IMG/VR virus record: IMGVR_UViG_3300023179_000039
Location: 1 to 64,000 of that record
DNA from: a virus
Length of the DNA stretch: 64,000 nucleotides
Direction: 5' to 3' (one strand)
A model generated the notes under the pieces. The model was not told the DNA's origin and did not search any database. It saw only the letters and a list, made by a program, of their open reading frames with translations. Every line of letters begins with the position of its first letter. Position 1 is the stretch's first letter. The position numbers and the translations under genes were made by a program. Below are positions 28,212 to 37,923 of this stretch, piece by piece.

Positions 28212-28604
28212 ATGCTGCTAGAAGAATATATAAAAGAGCTTGAAAACGACTTAAAAATAAGTGAATTAGAGCTCAAAGATTATCAGTTAAAATTACCAGG
28301 CATCAAGCATAAGTGGGCCGGTAGATGTATTCGACATAAGTTAGAGCTCAACGATTTACGTAAAAAGCGCGATTTGCTTAAACGTACTTTAGTCGAAAAG
28401 CTTCAAGAACAAAGCCCGGTAAAGCTTAATCTACCTGTTGCTGAGCGTACAGTTGAAAAGCATAGCGAGCTTGTAGAGCTTGACAATAAGCTTAAACAAC
28501 TAGAGCTTGTAGTTGAGCTACTAGAAAAATCAGAAAAAACACTAAGCGCTACATCTTATGACTTGAAGAATATTATTGACATTATCAAACTTGAAACGAC
28601 ATGA
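28212..28604 (+). CDS. uvsY: Recombination mediator UvsY-like (probable start ATG 28212)
   Basis: Helical protein with DLKI, LPGIKHKW, YDLKNIID; directly upstream of uvsW. Confidence 0.75.
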   Translation: MLLEEYIKELENDLKISELELKDYQLKLPGIKHKWAGRCIRHKLELNDLRKKRDLLKRTLVEKLQEQSPVKLNLPVAERTVEKHSELVELDNKLKQLELVVELLEKSEKTLSATSYDLKNIIDIIKLETT

Positions 28605-30070
28605 TTACTTTTGCTTTAGACGAAAAAAAGGGAATGGGTGTCATCACCGGTGATTTATTTGAAGATATAAGAGAATCATTTTCAGTAAAGAATGAAGCCG
28701 CGGTATTTATTCGCCGCAAATACGGTAGGTTTCTCCCTCAAAGAACATATGCGATTACCCCTACAGGTAGATTTGATCCCGGATTATATTTTGAAATAAG
28801 AAAATACCTTACGAGTAATAATTATGTTGGTGAAGTAAAGACAGACGAGTCTCTTTTTAAAGCTATTCTTCCTGCTAAAAAATGGCAAGAAAGTACAAAT
28901 TTTAGTAATAATATAATACCTCTTTCTTTACCATTACGAGACTATCAAGAGGAAATAGTTAAAAAGGCTTTCTCTATAGGAAGAGGAACTATAGTTCTTG
29001 CAACTGCTGGAGGTAAGACTCTTACTGCTGCCTCTTTACTTACAAAAATATTTTTACAGTACGGTAGATCGTTTCGTTGTCTATATATAGTTCCAGATTT
29101 AGGACTAGTAGAACAAACATATTCTGATTTTATTTCATATAATGTACCTTTCTCACTTCGTAAGTGGACAGGAAAATATGGAATAGAAGATGAAAAAGAT
29201 GCTCCCTCAAACGTAATTATTGCTAATTTAGGAATTTTACAAAGTAAAAATACAGATCTTTCTTGGCTATCAAATATTGATGCGCTATTTGTAGATGAAG
29301 TTCATAAAATTAGAAAAGGCAATGAAATTAACAAAATCTTAAAAACTATTAAAACGTCTGTACGCTTTGGGTTTACAGGAACTATGCCTGAAAATCCATT
29401 AGATCAATGGAATATCATTGGTAAAATTGGCCCGATTATATATGAAAAGAATAGCTATGAATTGAGATTGGAGAATTTTGTAAGCAATGTTCAAGTACAA
29501 ATTTTAAAACTCATCTACAAAGAAGATCCTTTTAAGGATGTAGTTATTTCTTCATCTAATCTATTTAGAGAAGAGCAGAGATTTTTAATGCGCAATAAAT
29601 TTAGAAATAGCGTTCTAAGTAAATTAGCATGTAAGCTTAATAATAATGTTCTTATTTTAGTAGATTTTATTGAGCACGGTGAAACAGTATATAATGCTAT
29701 TAAAGAGTTATGCCCCGGAAAGCAGTGCTATTTTATTCGCGGTGAAGTAGAAGTAGCAGAAAGAGACAAAATTCGTAAGCTAATGGAAGATCATTCAGAT
29801 GTAGTAGTTGTAGCTATAACAAAAATATTTTCAACAGGTATTAACATTAAAAACTTACACTATATTATTTTTGCATGCGGTGGCAAGGCAAAAATAAAAA
29901 TTGTTCAGTCAATAGGCAGAGGCCTTCGCTTGCATAAGGATAAGGATAAGCTTATAATATTCGACATTGCTGATAATTTCAAGTATAGCTTAGCACACAT
30001 GGAAAAAAGAATAAATTTATATGAAAAAGAAAAAATCCAATTCTCCGTCAAAGAGATTAAAGAAAGTTAA
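28601..30070 (+). CDS. uvsW: UvsW DNA helicase
   Basis: Motifs LRDYQ, ATAGGKT, DEVH, GFTGT, FSTGINIKNLH, QSIGRGLR. Confidence 0.93.
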   Translation: MITFALDEKKGMGVITGDLFEDIRESFSVKNEAAVFIRRKYGRFLPQRTYAITPTGRFDPGLYFEIRKYLTSNNYVGEVKTDESLFKAILPAKKWQESTNFSNNIIPLSLPLRDYQEEIVKKAFSIGRGTIVLATAGGKTLTAASLLTKIFLQYGRSFRCLYIVPDLGLVEQTYSDFISYNVPFSLRKWTGKYGIEDEKDAPSNVIIANLGILQSKNTDLSWLSNIDALFVDEVHKIRKGNEINKILKTIKTSVRFGFTGTMPENPLDQWNIIGKIGPIIYEKNSYELRLENFVSNVQVQILKLIYKEDPFKDVVISSSNLFREEQRFLMRNKFRNSVLSKLACKLNNNVLILVDFIEHGETVYNAIKELCPGKQCYFIRGEVEVAERDKIRKLMEDHSDVVVVAITKIFSTGINIKNLHYIIFACGGKAKIKIVQSIGRGLRLHKDKDKLIIFDIADNFKYSLAHMEKRINLYEKEKIQFSVKEIKES

Positions 30071-30605
30071 TAAAAAATCATCTTCTGTTGTTACAGAAAA
30101 TGACCCGGAAGTTCAAAAGCTTCTTACTACGCAATTGCCTGCAGCAGTACCTGGCAAGAAGGGAAAAGAAAAAATTCATTATGTAAACAGTAAAGAATTT
30201 GAGGACGAAATTCGTGCTTATTATAAAACCGGGCATGTAACACAAAAGCTAGGCGAAAGCATTACAAAGATTGCCCACGGCCTCTCTTATGCACCTAACT
30301 TTATCAATTATTCGTATAAGGATGATATGATAGGCGATGCAATAGTTAAAATGTTTTCAGCTTTGCGTAATAAAAAGTTTAAGCTAGATACAGGTTTTAG
30401 TCCGTTTTCATACTTTACAACAATTGCATTTCATGCGTTTATTAATCGTATTAAGAAAGAAAATAAGCACCACGCTGTACTTAATGAGTATAGAGAAAAG
30501 GTTTATACTGATTTAATGCTTGACCCTGAGATTGCTGGTAATGCACATATTTACGTCGAGCTACAGACGACAATTATAATTCATCTGGAGAGTGAAAACA
30601 AATAA
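30021..30605 (+). CDS. gp55: Late transcription sigma factor, gp55-like
   Basis: Motifs HYVNSKEF, IAHGLS..PNFINYSYKDDMIGDA, PFSYFTTIAFHAFINRIKKE. Confidence 0.92.
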   Translation: MKKKKSNSPSKRLKKVNKKSSSVVTENDPEVQKLLTTQLPAAVPGKKGKEKIHYVNSKEFEDEIRAYYKTGHVTQKLGESITKIAHGLSYAPNFINYSYKDDMIGDAIVKMFSALRNKKFKLDTGFSPFSYFTTIAFHAFINRIKKENKHHAVLNEYREKVYTDLMLDPEIAGNAHIYVELQTTIIIHLESENK

Positions 30606-31665
30606 AGAATTAACGTTAAAGACGGATAAGGTTTGTTGTATTGCTGACCTACATATCGGCGTGCATCAAAACAGTATTTTTTGGCACGAAACCGCATTAA
30701 AGTGGGCTGAATGGCTAAAAATAGAACTTATCTCTAAGGGAATAAAAGATATTTTTATTCTCGGTGATCTCTATCATTATCGTGATGAAATTGCTGTAAA
30801 TACGATTCACGTTGTTAATCAGATATTACGTCTTTGGTCTGATTTTAATATTGTTATCTTAGTTGGTAATCATGATGCGTTTTATAAGGATAGGGCAGAT
30901 GTTAACTCTCTATCTATTCTAGATGGCTGGAAGAATATTTTAGTTATTAGTGAGCCCTCAACATATACTATATTAGGTAAAAACGCTACTTTCTTGCCAT
31001 GGGGTGCGAGTGTAAAGGATATAAAAAAGAGCGATGTTTTATTCGGTCATTTAGAGATAGAAAGCTTCAAAATGAATAGCCATAAGCACTGTGATCATGG
31101 TATAAAAACTTCTGATTTATTATCAAAAGCAAACCTTACAATGACTGGGCATTTTCATTTAAGAGATGAACGCAAGTATGATAGCAAAACAATCCTATAT
31201 GTTGGTAATCCTTTTGAAATGGACTTTGGGGATACTGGCTCAACGAAAGGCTATTATATACTAGATTTCAATGATCTTTCTTATGAATTTTTCGAAAATA
31301 CACTTTCACCAAAGCATAGAAAAATTTCTATTACAGAACTTTTAAATTTTAAATCGCTTAGCGCAACAGAAGTTAACGATTTAGTTAATAATAATATAGT
31401 TAAACTTGCTGTTGATAAAAAGATATCAAGTGACAATATTGAACTTTTAATTCAAAAAATCACTACGTTTAAACCTTTTAATCTATCAGTAGACTATTCT
31501 CTTTATGACAATTCTATCACGGTAAATGAAGATCAATCCTATGATCTATCTGGGGTAAATATGAGCCAAGCTATTGAAGAGTTCGTGACTTTACTTGACA
31601 TTGATAAAAAAGAAGATGTATCGCGATATTGTTTAGAGCTCTACAGAAAGGCAGTACAAAAATGA
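30592..31665 (+). CDS. gp47: Recombination endonuclease subunit gp47 (Mre11/SbcD-like)
   Basis: Motifs DLHIG, LGDLY, VGNHD, GHLE, GHFH, YVGNP. Confidence 0.93.
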   Translation: MKTNKELTLKTDKVCCIADLHIGVHQNSIFWHETALKWAEWLKIELISKGIKDIFILGDLYHYRDEIAVNTIHVVNQILRLWSDFNIVILVGNHDAFYKDRADVNSLSILDGWKNILVISEPSTYTILGKNATFLPWGASVKDIKKSDVLFGHLEIESFKMNSHKHCDHGIKTSDLLSKANLTMTGHFHLRDERKYDSKTILYVGNPFEMDFGDTGSTKGYYILDFNDLSYEFFENTLSPKHRKISITELLNFKSLSATEVNDLVNNNIVKLAVDKKISSDNIELLIQKITTFKPFNLSVDYSLYDNSITVNEDQSYDLSGVNMSQAIEEFVTLLDIDKKEDVSRYCLELYRKAVQK

Positions 31666-33473
31666 AATATATTTCATTCAATAAGATTAGTATTAAAAAT
31701 TTTCTATCTGTTGGTAACCAGCCTGTTGTTGTTGATTTTAAGAGAGGCATTCACATTATTACTGGAATTAATAAAGATAAAGAAGATAGGCGTAATGGTG
31801 TTGGTAAGTCGACTGTTGCTGATGCAATCTATTTTGCAGTATTTGGCGAAACGCTTAGAGATTTAAAGAAAGAAAATATTATTAACAATATTAATCGTAA
31901 GAATTGTGAAATTATTCTTGACGTTACCGTTAGTAATATGGATATAAAGGAAGATATTCAAATTATTAGAACCCTCGAGCCTTCTAAATGCTACATATAT
32001 GTTAATGGCGAGGATAAAACTCGCGATAGTATAAGCAATACTAACTCATTTATTGCATCAAAATTTAATAGTAATACTGAGGTATTTCAAAACTGTGTTA
32101 TTATGACCATAAACAACGTCATTCCGTTTATGGCAAAAAAGAAGCAAGAAAAGAGAAAATTTATTGAAGATATCTTTAACCTTGGTATTTTTGGTGATAT
32201 GTTAGATATACTGAAAAACGATATAAATGAGAATAAAAAAAGCTTTGATCTCGAAGTTACAAAGCATGATGAAATATCTAAAAGCATATTGTCTTTAGAA
32301 GCACAACAAAAGAAATTTGCTGAAGAAAGAGAGCGTAAGAAAGAAAAATACACCACTCGTCAAGAAAATAATATCAACGAAATAGACACAATTAGTAAGA
32401 AGTTAGCAAATTTTGTGCTACCTGATGTTGCAGAAATTAAGAAAGAAATTACTGAGCAAGAGACTAATAATACTAAAATAGATAAAAAGCTACAAGATGC
32501 GCGCCATTTAATTTCAGAAAACACCACACTTATTACACAAGCTAATAAAAAATTATCTTCTGTGGGCACAGATAAAGATGTATGTCCTACTTGTTTGCGT
32601 ACTATAGAGGAGAATGACCGAGATCATATTAAAAATGAAAAGAAAAAGATTAACAGTGAGATTGATAGTTGTGAGGACAAGATAACTAAATTTAAAGCAG
32701 AAGAAAAGCAATTCTTATCTCTCCAAGAGAAAGTAAAATCAAAAATGTTGAAGTTAAGAGATAATCTTAATTCTTACCAACATAAAGTGAAAGAAAGAAA
32801 TGATTTAGAAGCAAGACTTAATCAATTAAGAACGTGGCAAACTGAACTCGAGCAAGATTTAAAAGATCTTGAATCTGACCATAACACTTTTGATAATTCC
32901 ATTAAAGAACAAAAAACGAGACTCGATACGGTAAAGAAACAAATAGATATAATTAAGGAAAAATTAAACACCTTAGATGTAGTTAAATTTGTAGTTTCTG
33001 AGGAAGGCGTAAAGTCATATATTGTTAAAAAGATGCTTCAATTGTTTAATAGTAAACTTGCATATTATTTGAAAAAAATGGATGCAAACTGTGTATGTAC
33101 ATTTAATGAATATTTTGAAGAAGAAATTATTGATAGTAGAGGCAAGGTATGTTCGTATTTTAACTTTAGCGGAGCAGAGCGTAAGAATATTGATTTAGCT
33201 TGCTTATTTACATTTATGGATATTCGTAGATTGCAGGGTGATGTGACATTTAACTTTAGCATTTATGATGAGCTATTTGATTCTAGTTTAGATGAAAGAG
33301 GTGTAGAATTGGTTATCAACATATTACGAGAGCGTGTTGAGAAATATAATGAATGTATTATGGTTATAAGTCATAGAAAGGAAAGTATTAAAGCTGCAAC
33401 TGGCGATATTATATTCTTAGAAAAGTCTAACGGTATAACAAAGCGAGTTGATTATAAAGAATATAGCAGTTAA
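31662..33473 (+). CDS. gp46: Recombination ATPase gp46 (Rad50/SbcC-like; probable start ATG 31662)
   Basis: Motifs KNFLSVGN, NGVGKST, CPTC hook, FSGAE, YDELFDSSLD, ISH; ATGA overlap with gp47. Confidence 0.95.
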   Translation: MKYISFNKISIKNFLSVGNQPVVVDFKRGIHIITGINKDKEDRRNGVGKSTVADAIYFAVFGETLRDLKKENIINNINRKNCEIILDVTVSNMDIKEDIQIIRTLEPSKCYIYVNGEDKTRDSISNTNSFIASKFNSNTEVFQNCVIMTINNVIPFMAKKKQEKRKFIEDIFNLGIFGDMLDILKNDINENKKSFDLEVTKHDEISKSILSLEAQQKKFAEERERKKEKYTTRQENNINEIDTISKKLANFVLPDVAEIKKEITEQETNNTKIDKKLQDARHLISENTTLITQANKKLSSVGTDKDVCPTCLRTIEENDRDHIKNEKKKINSEIDSCEDKITKFKAEEKQFLSLQEKVKSKMLKLRDNLNSYQHKVKERNDLEARLNQLRTWQTELEQDLKDLESDHNTFDNSIKEQKTRLDTVKKQIDIIKEKLNTLDVVKFVVSEEGVKSYIVKKMLQLFNSKLAYYLKKMDANCVCTFNEYFEEEIIDSRGKVCSYFNFSGAERKNIDLACLFTFMDIRRLQGDVTFNFSIYDELFDSSLDERGVELVINILRERVEKYNECIMVISHRKESIKAATGDIIFLEKSNGITKRVDYKEYSS

Positions 33474-33486
33474 TATTATATCATCT

Positions 33487-34704
33487 ATGCATGGTTCGCC
33501 CTTCGTCTCTCCGTTTACTTCACCCTTTGTATCTCCTTTTGCTTCACCGTTTGCCTCCCAGCAATCACCACAGCCGGAGATACCCCGTCCGCCGGAAATG
33601 GATCTTCAGCGTGTAATGAACTATTATGCAGATTATAGTGGCTGTGGATTCTGGAGAATGATTTGGCCTGAGCATGTGCTCAATGCACATCAAAAACTTA
33701 TAGTTCATGGTAGTACTGTTATGTGCTTTGATCCAAATTATTATAGAGGTACAAAAACAATTCGAATTCAAAGACAAGCAACATCCAGTCAGCTTAAATT
33801 TGTTCAGTTTCTTAAGGAGTTGAGTAAGAAAGTAGGTTTTCGTTTAGTATATGAAATTGATGATTTAGTGTTTAGTGAAGATATTCCTGAATACAATAAA
33901 TTTAAGCCAGCATTTACAGATCCAGAGATTAGAAAAACCGCTCAATCGATTATGGAGCTGTGTGATGAAATTACCGTAACATGTGATTTCATGAAAGAGT
34001 ATTATCTAGGCAAAACGAAAAACCAAAACATTACAGTTATACCTAATTATCCGCCTAAGTTTTGGATGGGTCATTTTTATGATGAAAAGCGCATTTCATC
34101 AAATTATGATGAATTTGAGAAGAGACCTAGAATTTTATATGCAGGTTCCGGTGCACACTTTGATGTAGATAATAGGGTAAATCAACATGATGACTTCCAT
34201 CATATCGTCGATACTATTATTAAAACGAGACACAAGTATAGGTGGGTCTTTTTAGGTGCATTTCCAATTCCATTGAAGCCGTATATTCAAAACGGTGATC
34301 TCGAATTTCATTCTTGGCAACAACTTTATAGTTACCCAGAAAAGATTTATAATTTAAAGGTTAATATGATGGTTGCGCCATTACAAAACAACACTTTTAA
34401 TAAAGCTAAGAGCGATTTAAAATATATAGAAGCCTGTTGCTATGGCTTGCCCATTGCTTGTCAAGACTTAGTAACATATAGTAATGCACCTATAAAGTTT
34501 AATACTGGTGAAGAGATGGTAGGGTGTATTGACGATGCTTTATCTAAGAAGGGAAAATATATGAATATGTGTGCTAAATTTAGAAAAGTTGCAGAAGATA
34601 GATGGCTGGAAAACGAAAATAACTTGCAAAAGTATGTAGAACTGTATACACTACCTTATGGGCATAAAGACAGAAAGCTTTTAAATTCTGTAAACAGTCT
34701 ATGA
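33487..34704 (+). CDS. GT-B glycosyltransferase-like protein with N-terminal SPFx repeats (probable start ATG 33487)
   Basis: Motifs SGCGFWRM, IQRQ, YEIDD, APL..N.FN.AKSDLKYIEA. Confidence 0.75.
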   Translation: MHGSPFVSPFTSPFVSPFASPFASQQSPQPEIPRPPEMDLQRVMNYYADYSGCGFWRMIWPEHVLNAHQKLIVHGSTVMCFDPNYYRGTKTIRIQRQATSSQLKFVQFLKELSKKVGFRLVYEIDDLVFSEDIPEYNKFKPAFTDPEIRKTAQSIMELCDEITVTCDFMKEYYLGKTKNQNITVIPNYPPKFWMGHFYDEKRISSNYDEFEKRPRILYAGSGAHFDVDNRVNQHDDFHHIVDTIIKTRHKYRWVFLGAFPIPLKPYIQNGDLEFHSWQQLYSYPEKIYNLKVNMMVAPLQNNTFNKAKSDLKYIEACCYGLPIACQDLVTYSNAPIKFNTGEEMVGCIDDALSKKGKYMNMCAKFRKVAEDRWLENENNLQKYVELYTLPYGHKDRKLLNSVNSL

Positions 34705-34880
34705 GAAAGTTATCTAGAAAAGAAATTAAAAAATTAGAAGAGGAAGGGCGTTTAAGAGATTTAGTTGAAATCTGGGTTGACCGCCACAATCATAAGCTTG
34801 AATTATTACGCACACTTACAAGCTTTATTGCCGCAGCATGCTCTTCTGTTGTTTTGTTAAAATTATTTCACTTGATTTGA
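34701..34880 (+). CDS. Small protein, 59 aa, with C-terminal hydrophobic segment
   Basis: Hand-translated MRKLSRKEIKKLEEEGRLRDLVEIWVDRHNHKLELLRTLTSFIAAACSSVVLLKLFHLI; ATGA overlap with the upstream gene. Confidence 0.6.
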   Translation: MRKLSRKEIKKLEEEGRLRDLVEIWVDRHNHKLELLRTLTSFIAAACSSVVLLKLFHLI

Positions 34881-34905
34881 CAAGTATTTAAGTTATAATT
34901 TTTAA
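34872..34905 (+). promoter_or_regulatory. Sigma70-like early/middle promoter of DNA polymerase (TTGATT-N16-TATAAT-N6-GTG); representative of at least 10 such sites
   Basis: TTGATT 34872-34877, TATAAT 34894-34899, start codon 34906. Confidence 0.75.
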
Positions 34906-37497
34906 GTGTATCGTAACGTAGCATATCTTCCAAAAGATCAATTAATGCGACTATTCACTTGGGATAGTGATGGTAAGCGTGTAGCTGTCGACACTACCTA
35001 CGAACCGTACATATATTTGGAAACTAATAATCATCCGGATAGTAATAGTATTTTTAATACAAAGTTAAAAAAGAAAAGGTTTAAAAACCAAGCTGAGCGC
35101 TCACGTTATCTTAAGGATAATAAAGTCACGCGCGTCTTTGAAAACTTAAATATACAACAACAGTTTCTTATTGATAACTTTTGGGAGCTTAACGAGAAGG
35201 ATGAATTCACTAAACATCCTATACGCGTGCTTTTTATAGATATCGAGACATATAGCCCGGATGAATTTCCACAAGTAGATAATCCCAACCATCCAATTAA
35301 TGTTATAACCGTTTATGATACATTAAGGAAGCAGTTTATAACATGGGGGTTAAAAGCTTTTCATAAGAATATTAATAACGGTATATATATCTATTGTAAG
35401 ACAGAAAAAGATTTGTTATCAAAATTTATAAATTTCTTTGCATCTGATTATCCAGATATTTTATCTGGATGGAATAGTGAATTTTTTGACGTACCTTATA
35501 TTATTAACCGTATTACACGTATCTTAGGTGAAGATGAAACGAAACGGCTTTCACCGGTAGGCTATATTCGTCCTATTGTGTTTAAGGGTAAGTTTGGAAG
35601 AGAGCAGGTACACTGGCATATAGAGGGCGTATCTTGCGTTGATTATCTAGATATCTACAAAAGATTTTGCCCCACATTGCGTGAATCATATAAGTTAGAT
35701 GCTATCGGCGAACTTGAGCTTGGTGAAAATAAGATAGATTACGGTGATACTAATCTAGCAAGTCTTGCTGATGATAATTGGGAATTATTTATCGAATATA
35801 ATATTCAAGACGTAAACCTTCTTGTACGCCTAGAAGAAAAGCTACAATACTTGAAGCTATTGAAAATGATTGCATATGCCGGGCTAACAACGTTTGAAGG
35901 CGCGCTTGGCTCTTTGTCCGTTATTACAGGGCTTTGTGCTATCAGAGCACGTGGTCGTAATCAAAGAATCCCCACATTTGTTAAAACCGTTACCAACGAT
36001 GAGCAGAATGCTGGGGCTTATGTGGGTGAGCCTCTTAAAGGGTTTCAAGAAAATATAGTATCATTTGATGCAAACAGCCTATATCCAAACGTAATGATTA
36101 CTTTAAATTTATCTCCAGAAACTAAGGTAGGTGTAATTACAGAAAAAACAGATAAAGAAATTACTATTCATCATGTTAACGGTCAAGAGTTTAAACTTTC
36201 GGTAAACAGTTTTGTTGAGTTTATAAAGAAAGAGAAGATAGCTATATCAAAAGCTAAAGTATTATTCACACAAAAAGAAAAAGGTATTATACCTGAAACT
36301 GTTGATCATTTTTATAAAAAGAGAGTAGAAATTAAAAGACAACTTAAACTTCTAAAGAAGAAACTAGTAAGTCTAGACATTAAATCAGAAGAATATACAA
36401 CACTAAGCCAACAAGTTGATAATTTAAATATTTTACAACATACAATTAAGATTTTAATTAATACAATCTATGGCTACTTCGGTAATAAGCATAGCCCTCT
36501 TGGCGACGACGAACTAGCAGAGTCAATTACACTGACCGGTCAAGCCGTGATTAAGGAATCTAACAGGTTACTAGAAGAATATGTAAAACAAAAAACAGGA
36601 ATGACAGATAAAGATCTTTTAGAAGATACGCCTATTATATACAACGATACAGACAGTTCCTATATTTCTATAAAACATATTGTTAAGAAAACAGGATTAA
36701 AAATGTTCGATAATAAAGGTAAAATTACTCCAGAATACTACAAAGAAGTGCAAAACATAGAAGATTATCTCAATAAAAATATTATTGTTTGGGGCCAGAC
36801 AGCTTTAGGTTCAACAGATTGCCGGCTAAATTTTAAGAGAGAAGCGATCGCAGATACCGGTATCTTTCTTCAAAAAAAGCGATATGTTCTACATGTTCTC
36901 GATGAAGAAGGTATTCCGTGCGATAAATTTAAGTATACAGGTGTTGAGGTTGTACGCACAACTATGCCAGCGCCTATCAAGCCTTATGTAAAGAAGATTA
37001 TTGAAACAATGCTTCTCACAAGAGATTTGGGGGAAACAAATAAAATCTTTAACGAAACATATGATATTTTTAAAGGGTTAGATGTGGAGGACATTGCCTT
37101 TGTTATGGGAGTTAAGGGATATGAAAAATATGCTTCAATGTGTGACGGATTTAAAACTGCCAAGCATATGCCTATTCACGTCAAAGCAGGATATTTTTAC
37201 AATCTGCTCCTAGACAGATTTAACACTGGTAAAAAATACGAAAAAATATCCTCTGGAGATAAGGTAAGATACTTTTATGCTAAACAACCAAATAAATTCG
37301 GCATATCGACAATAGGTTACAAATATAGTTATCCCAAAGAATTTAGAGAAGTTTTTGAGCCTGATCACGAATTAATGTTTGAGAAGATTATCTTTTCAGT
37401 TATTGAAAGGTTTTACGAGGCCGTGAATTGGAAATTATTATCTCCTGGCTGCCAAGTACAGACAGATTTATTTGATTTATTAAGTGTTGATAGTTGA
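34906..37497 (+). CDS. gp43: Family B DNA polymerase, gp43-like
   Basis: Motifs DIET, GWNS..FD, YNIQD, SFDANSLYP, KILINTIYG, YNDTDS, KKRY. Confidence 0.97.
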   Translation: MYRNVAYLPKDQLMRLFTWDSDGKRVAVDTTYEPYIYLETNNHPDSNSIFNTKLKKKRFKNQAERSRYLKDNKVTRVFENLNIQQQFLIDNFWELNEKDEFTKHPIRVLFIDIETYSPDEFPQVDNPNHPINVITVYDTLRKQFITWGLKAFHKNINNGIYIYCKTEKDLLSKFINFFASDYPDILSGWNSEFFDVPYIINRITRILGEDETKRLSPVGYIRPIVFKGKFGREQVHWHIEGVSCVDYLDIYKRFCPTLRESYKLDAIGELELGENKIDYGDTNLASLADDNWELFIEYNIQDVNLLVRLEEKLQYLKLLKMIAYAGLTTFEGALGSLSVITGLCAIRARGRNQRIPTFVKTVTNDEQNAGAYVGEPLKGFQENIVSFDANSLYPNVMITLNLSPETKVGVITEKTDKEITIHHVNGQEFKLSVNSFVEFIKKEKIAISKAKVLFTQKEKGIIPETVDHFYKKRVEIKRQLKLLKKKLVSLDIKSEEYTTLSQQVDNLNILQHTIKILINTIYGYFGNKHSPLGDDELAESITLTGQAVIKESNRLLEEYVKQKTGMTDKDLLEDTPIIYNDTDSSYISIKHIVKKTGLKMFDNKGKITPEYYKEVQNIEDYLNKNIIVWGQTALGSTDCRLNFKREAIADTGIFLQKKRYVLHVLDEEGIPCDKFKYTGVEVVRTTMPAPIKPYVKKIIETMLLTRDLGETNKIFNETYDIFKGLDVEDIAFVMGVKGYEKYASMCDGFKTAKHMPIHVKAGYFYNLLLDRFNTGKKYEKISSGDKVRYFYAKQPNKFGISTIGYKYSYPKEFREVFEPDHELMFEKIIFSVIERFYEAVNWKLLSPGCQVQTDLFDLLSVDS

Positions 37498-37527
37498 TTT
37501 ATTCTTATAATATTATAATATAACTAC

Positions 37528-37881
37528 ATGAGCGAACAAAATCTTATTACATTTATTGACCATATTGGTAGAACAATTCTTGCAACTTTAGTTGAGCAGG
37601 ACAAGACAACACTTACCGTGAAGAACCCTGCTATTATTCATGTACAGCCCACACAGCAAGGTCAACTAAATGTACAGACAATCCCGCTTTTCTTTAGAGA
37701 GTTTATCGGTGAAAAGTCGAAAGCCAATGGAACGACTTGGAAGTTTAATCTTAATACTGTTGTTCTTGGGCTGGATATTGATAATGACCCGAGACTAGTT
37801 GAGCAGTACAATAGGCTTTTCTTGCCCCCGGCTCCGGCTCCTGAGTCAACCGCTCCCGTAATTAAGTTGTTTGACGAGTAA
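37528..37881 (+). CDS. Hypothetical protein
   Basis: 117-aa ORF between gp43 and uvsX; own sigma70-like promoter. Confidence 0.65.
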   Translation: MSEQNLITFIDHIGRTILATLVEQDKTTLTVKNPAIIHVQPTQQGQLNVQTIPLFFREFIGEKSKANGTTWKFNLNTVVLGLDIDNDPRLVEQYNRLFLPPAPAPESTAPVIKLFDE

Positions 37882-37923
37882 TTTTTTACTTGTAATTTCA
37901 TCTAGTTCATTTATACTAGACCT

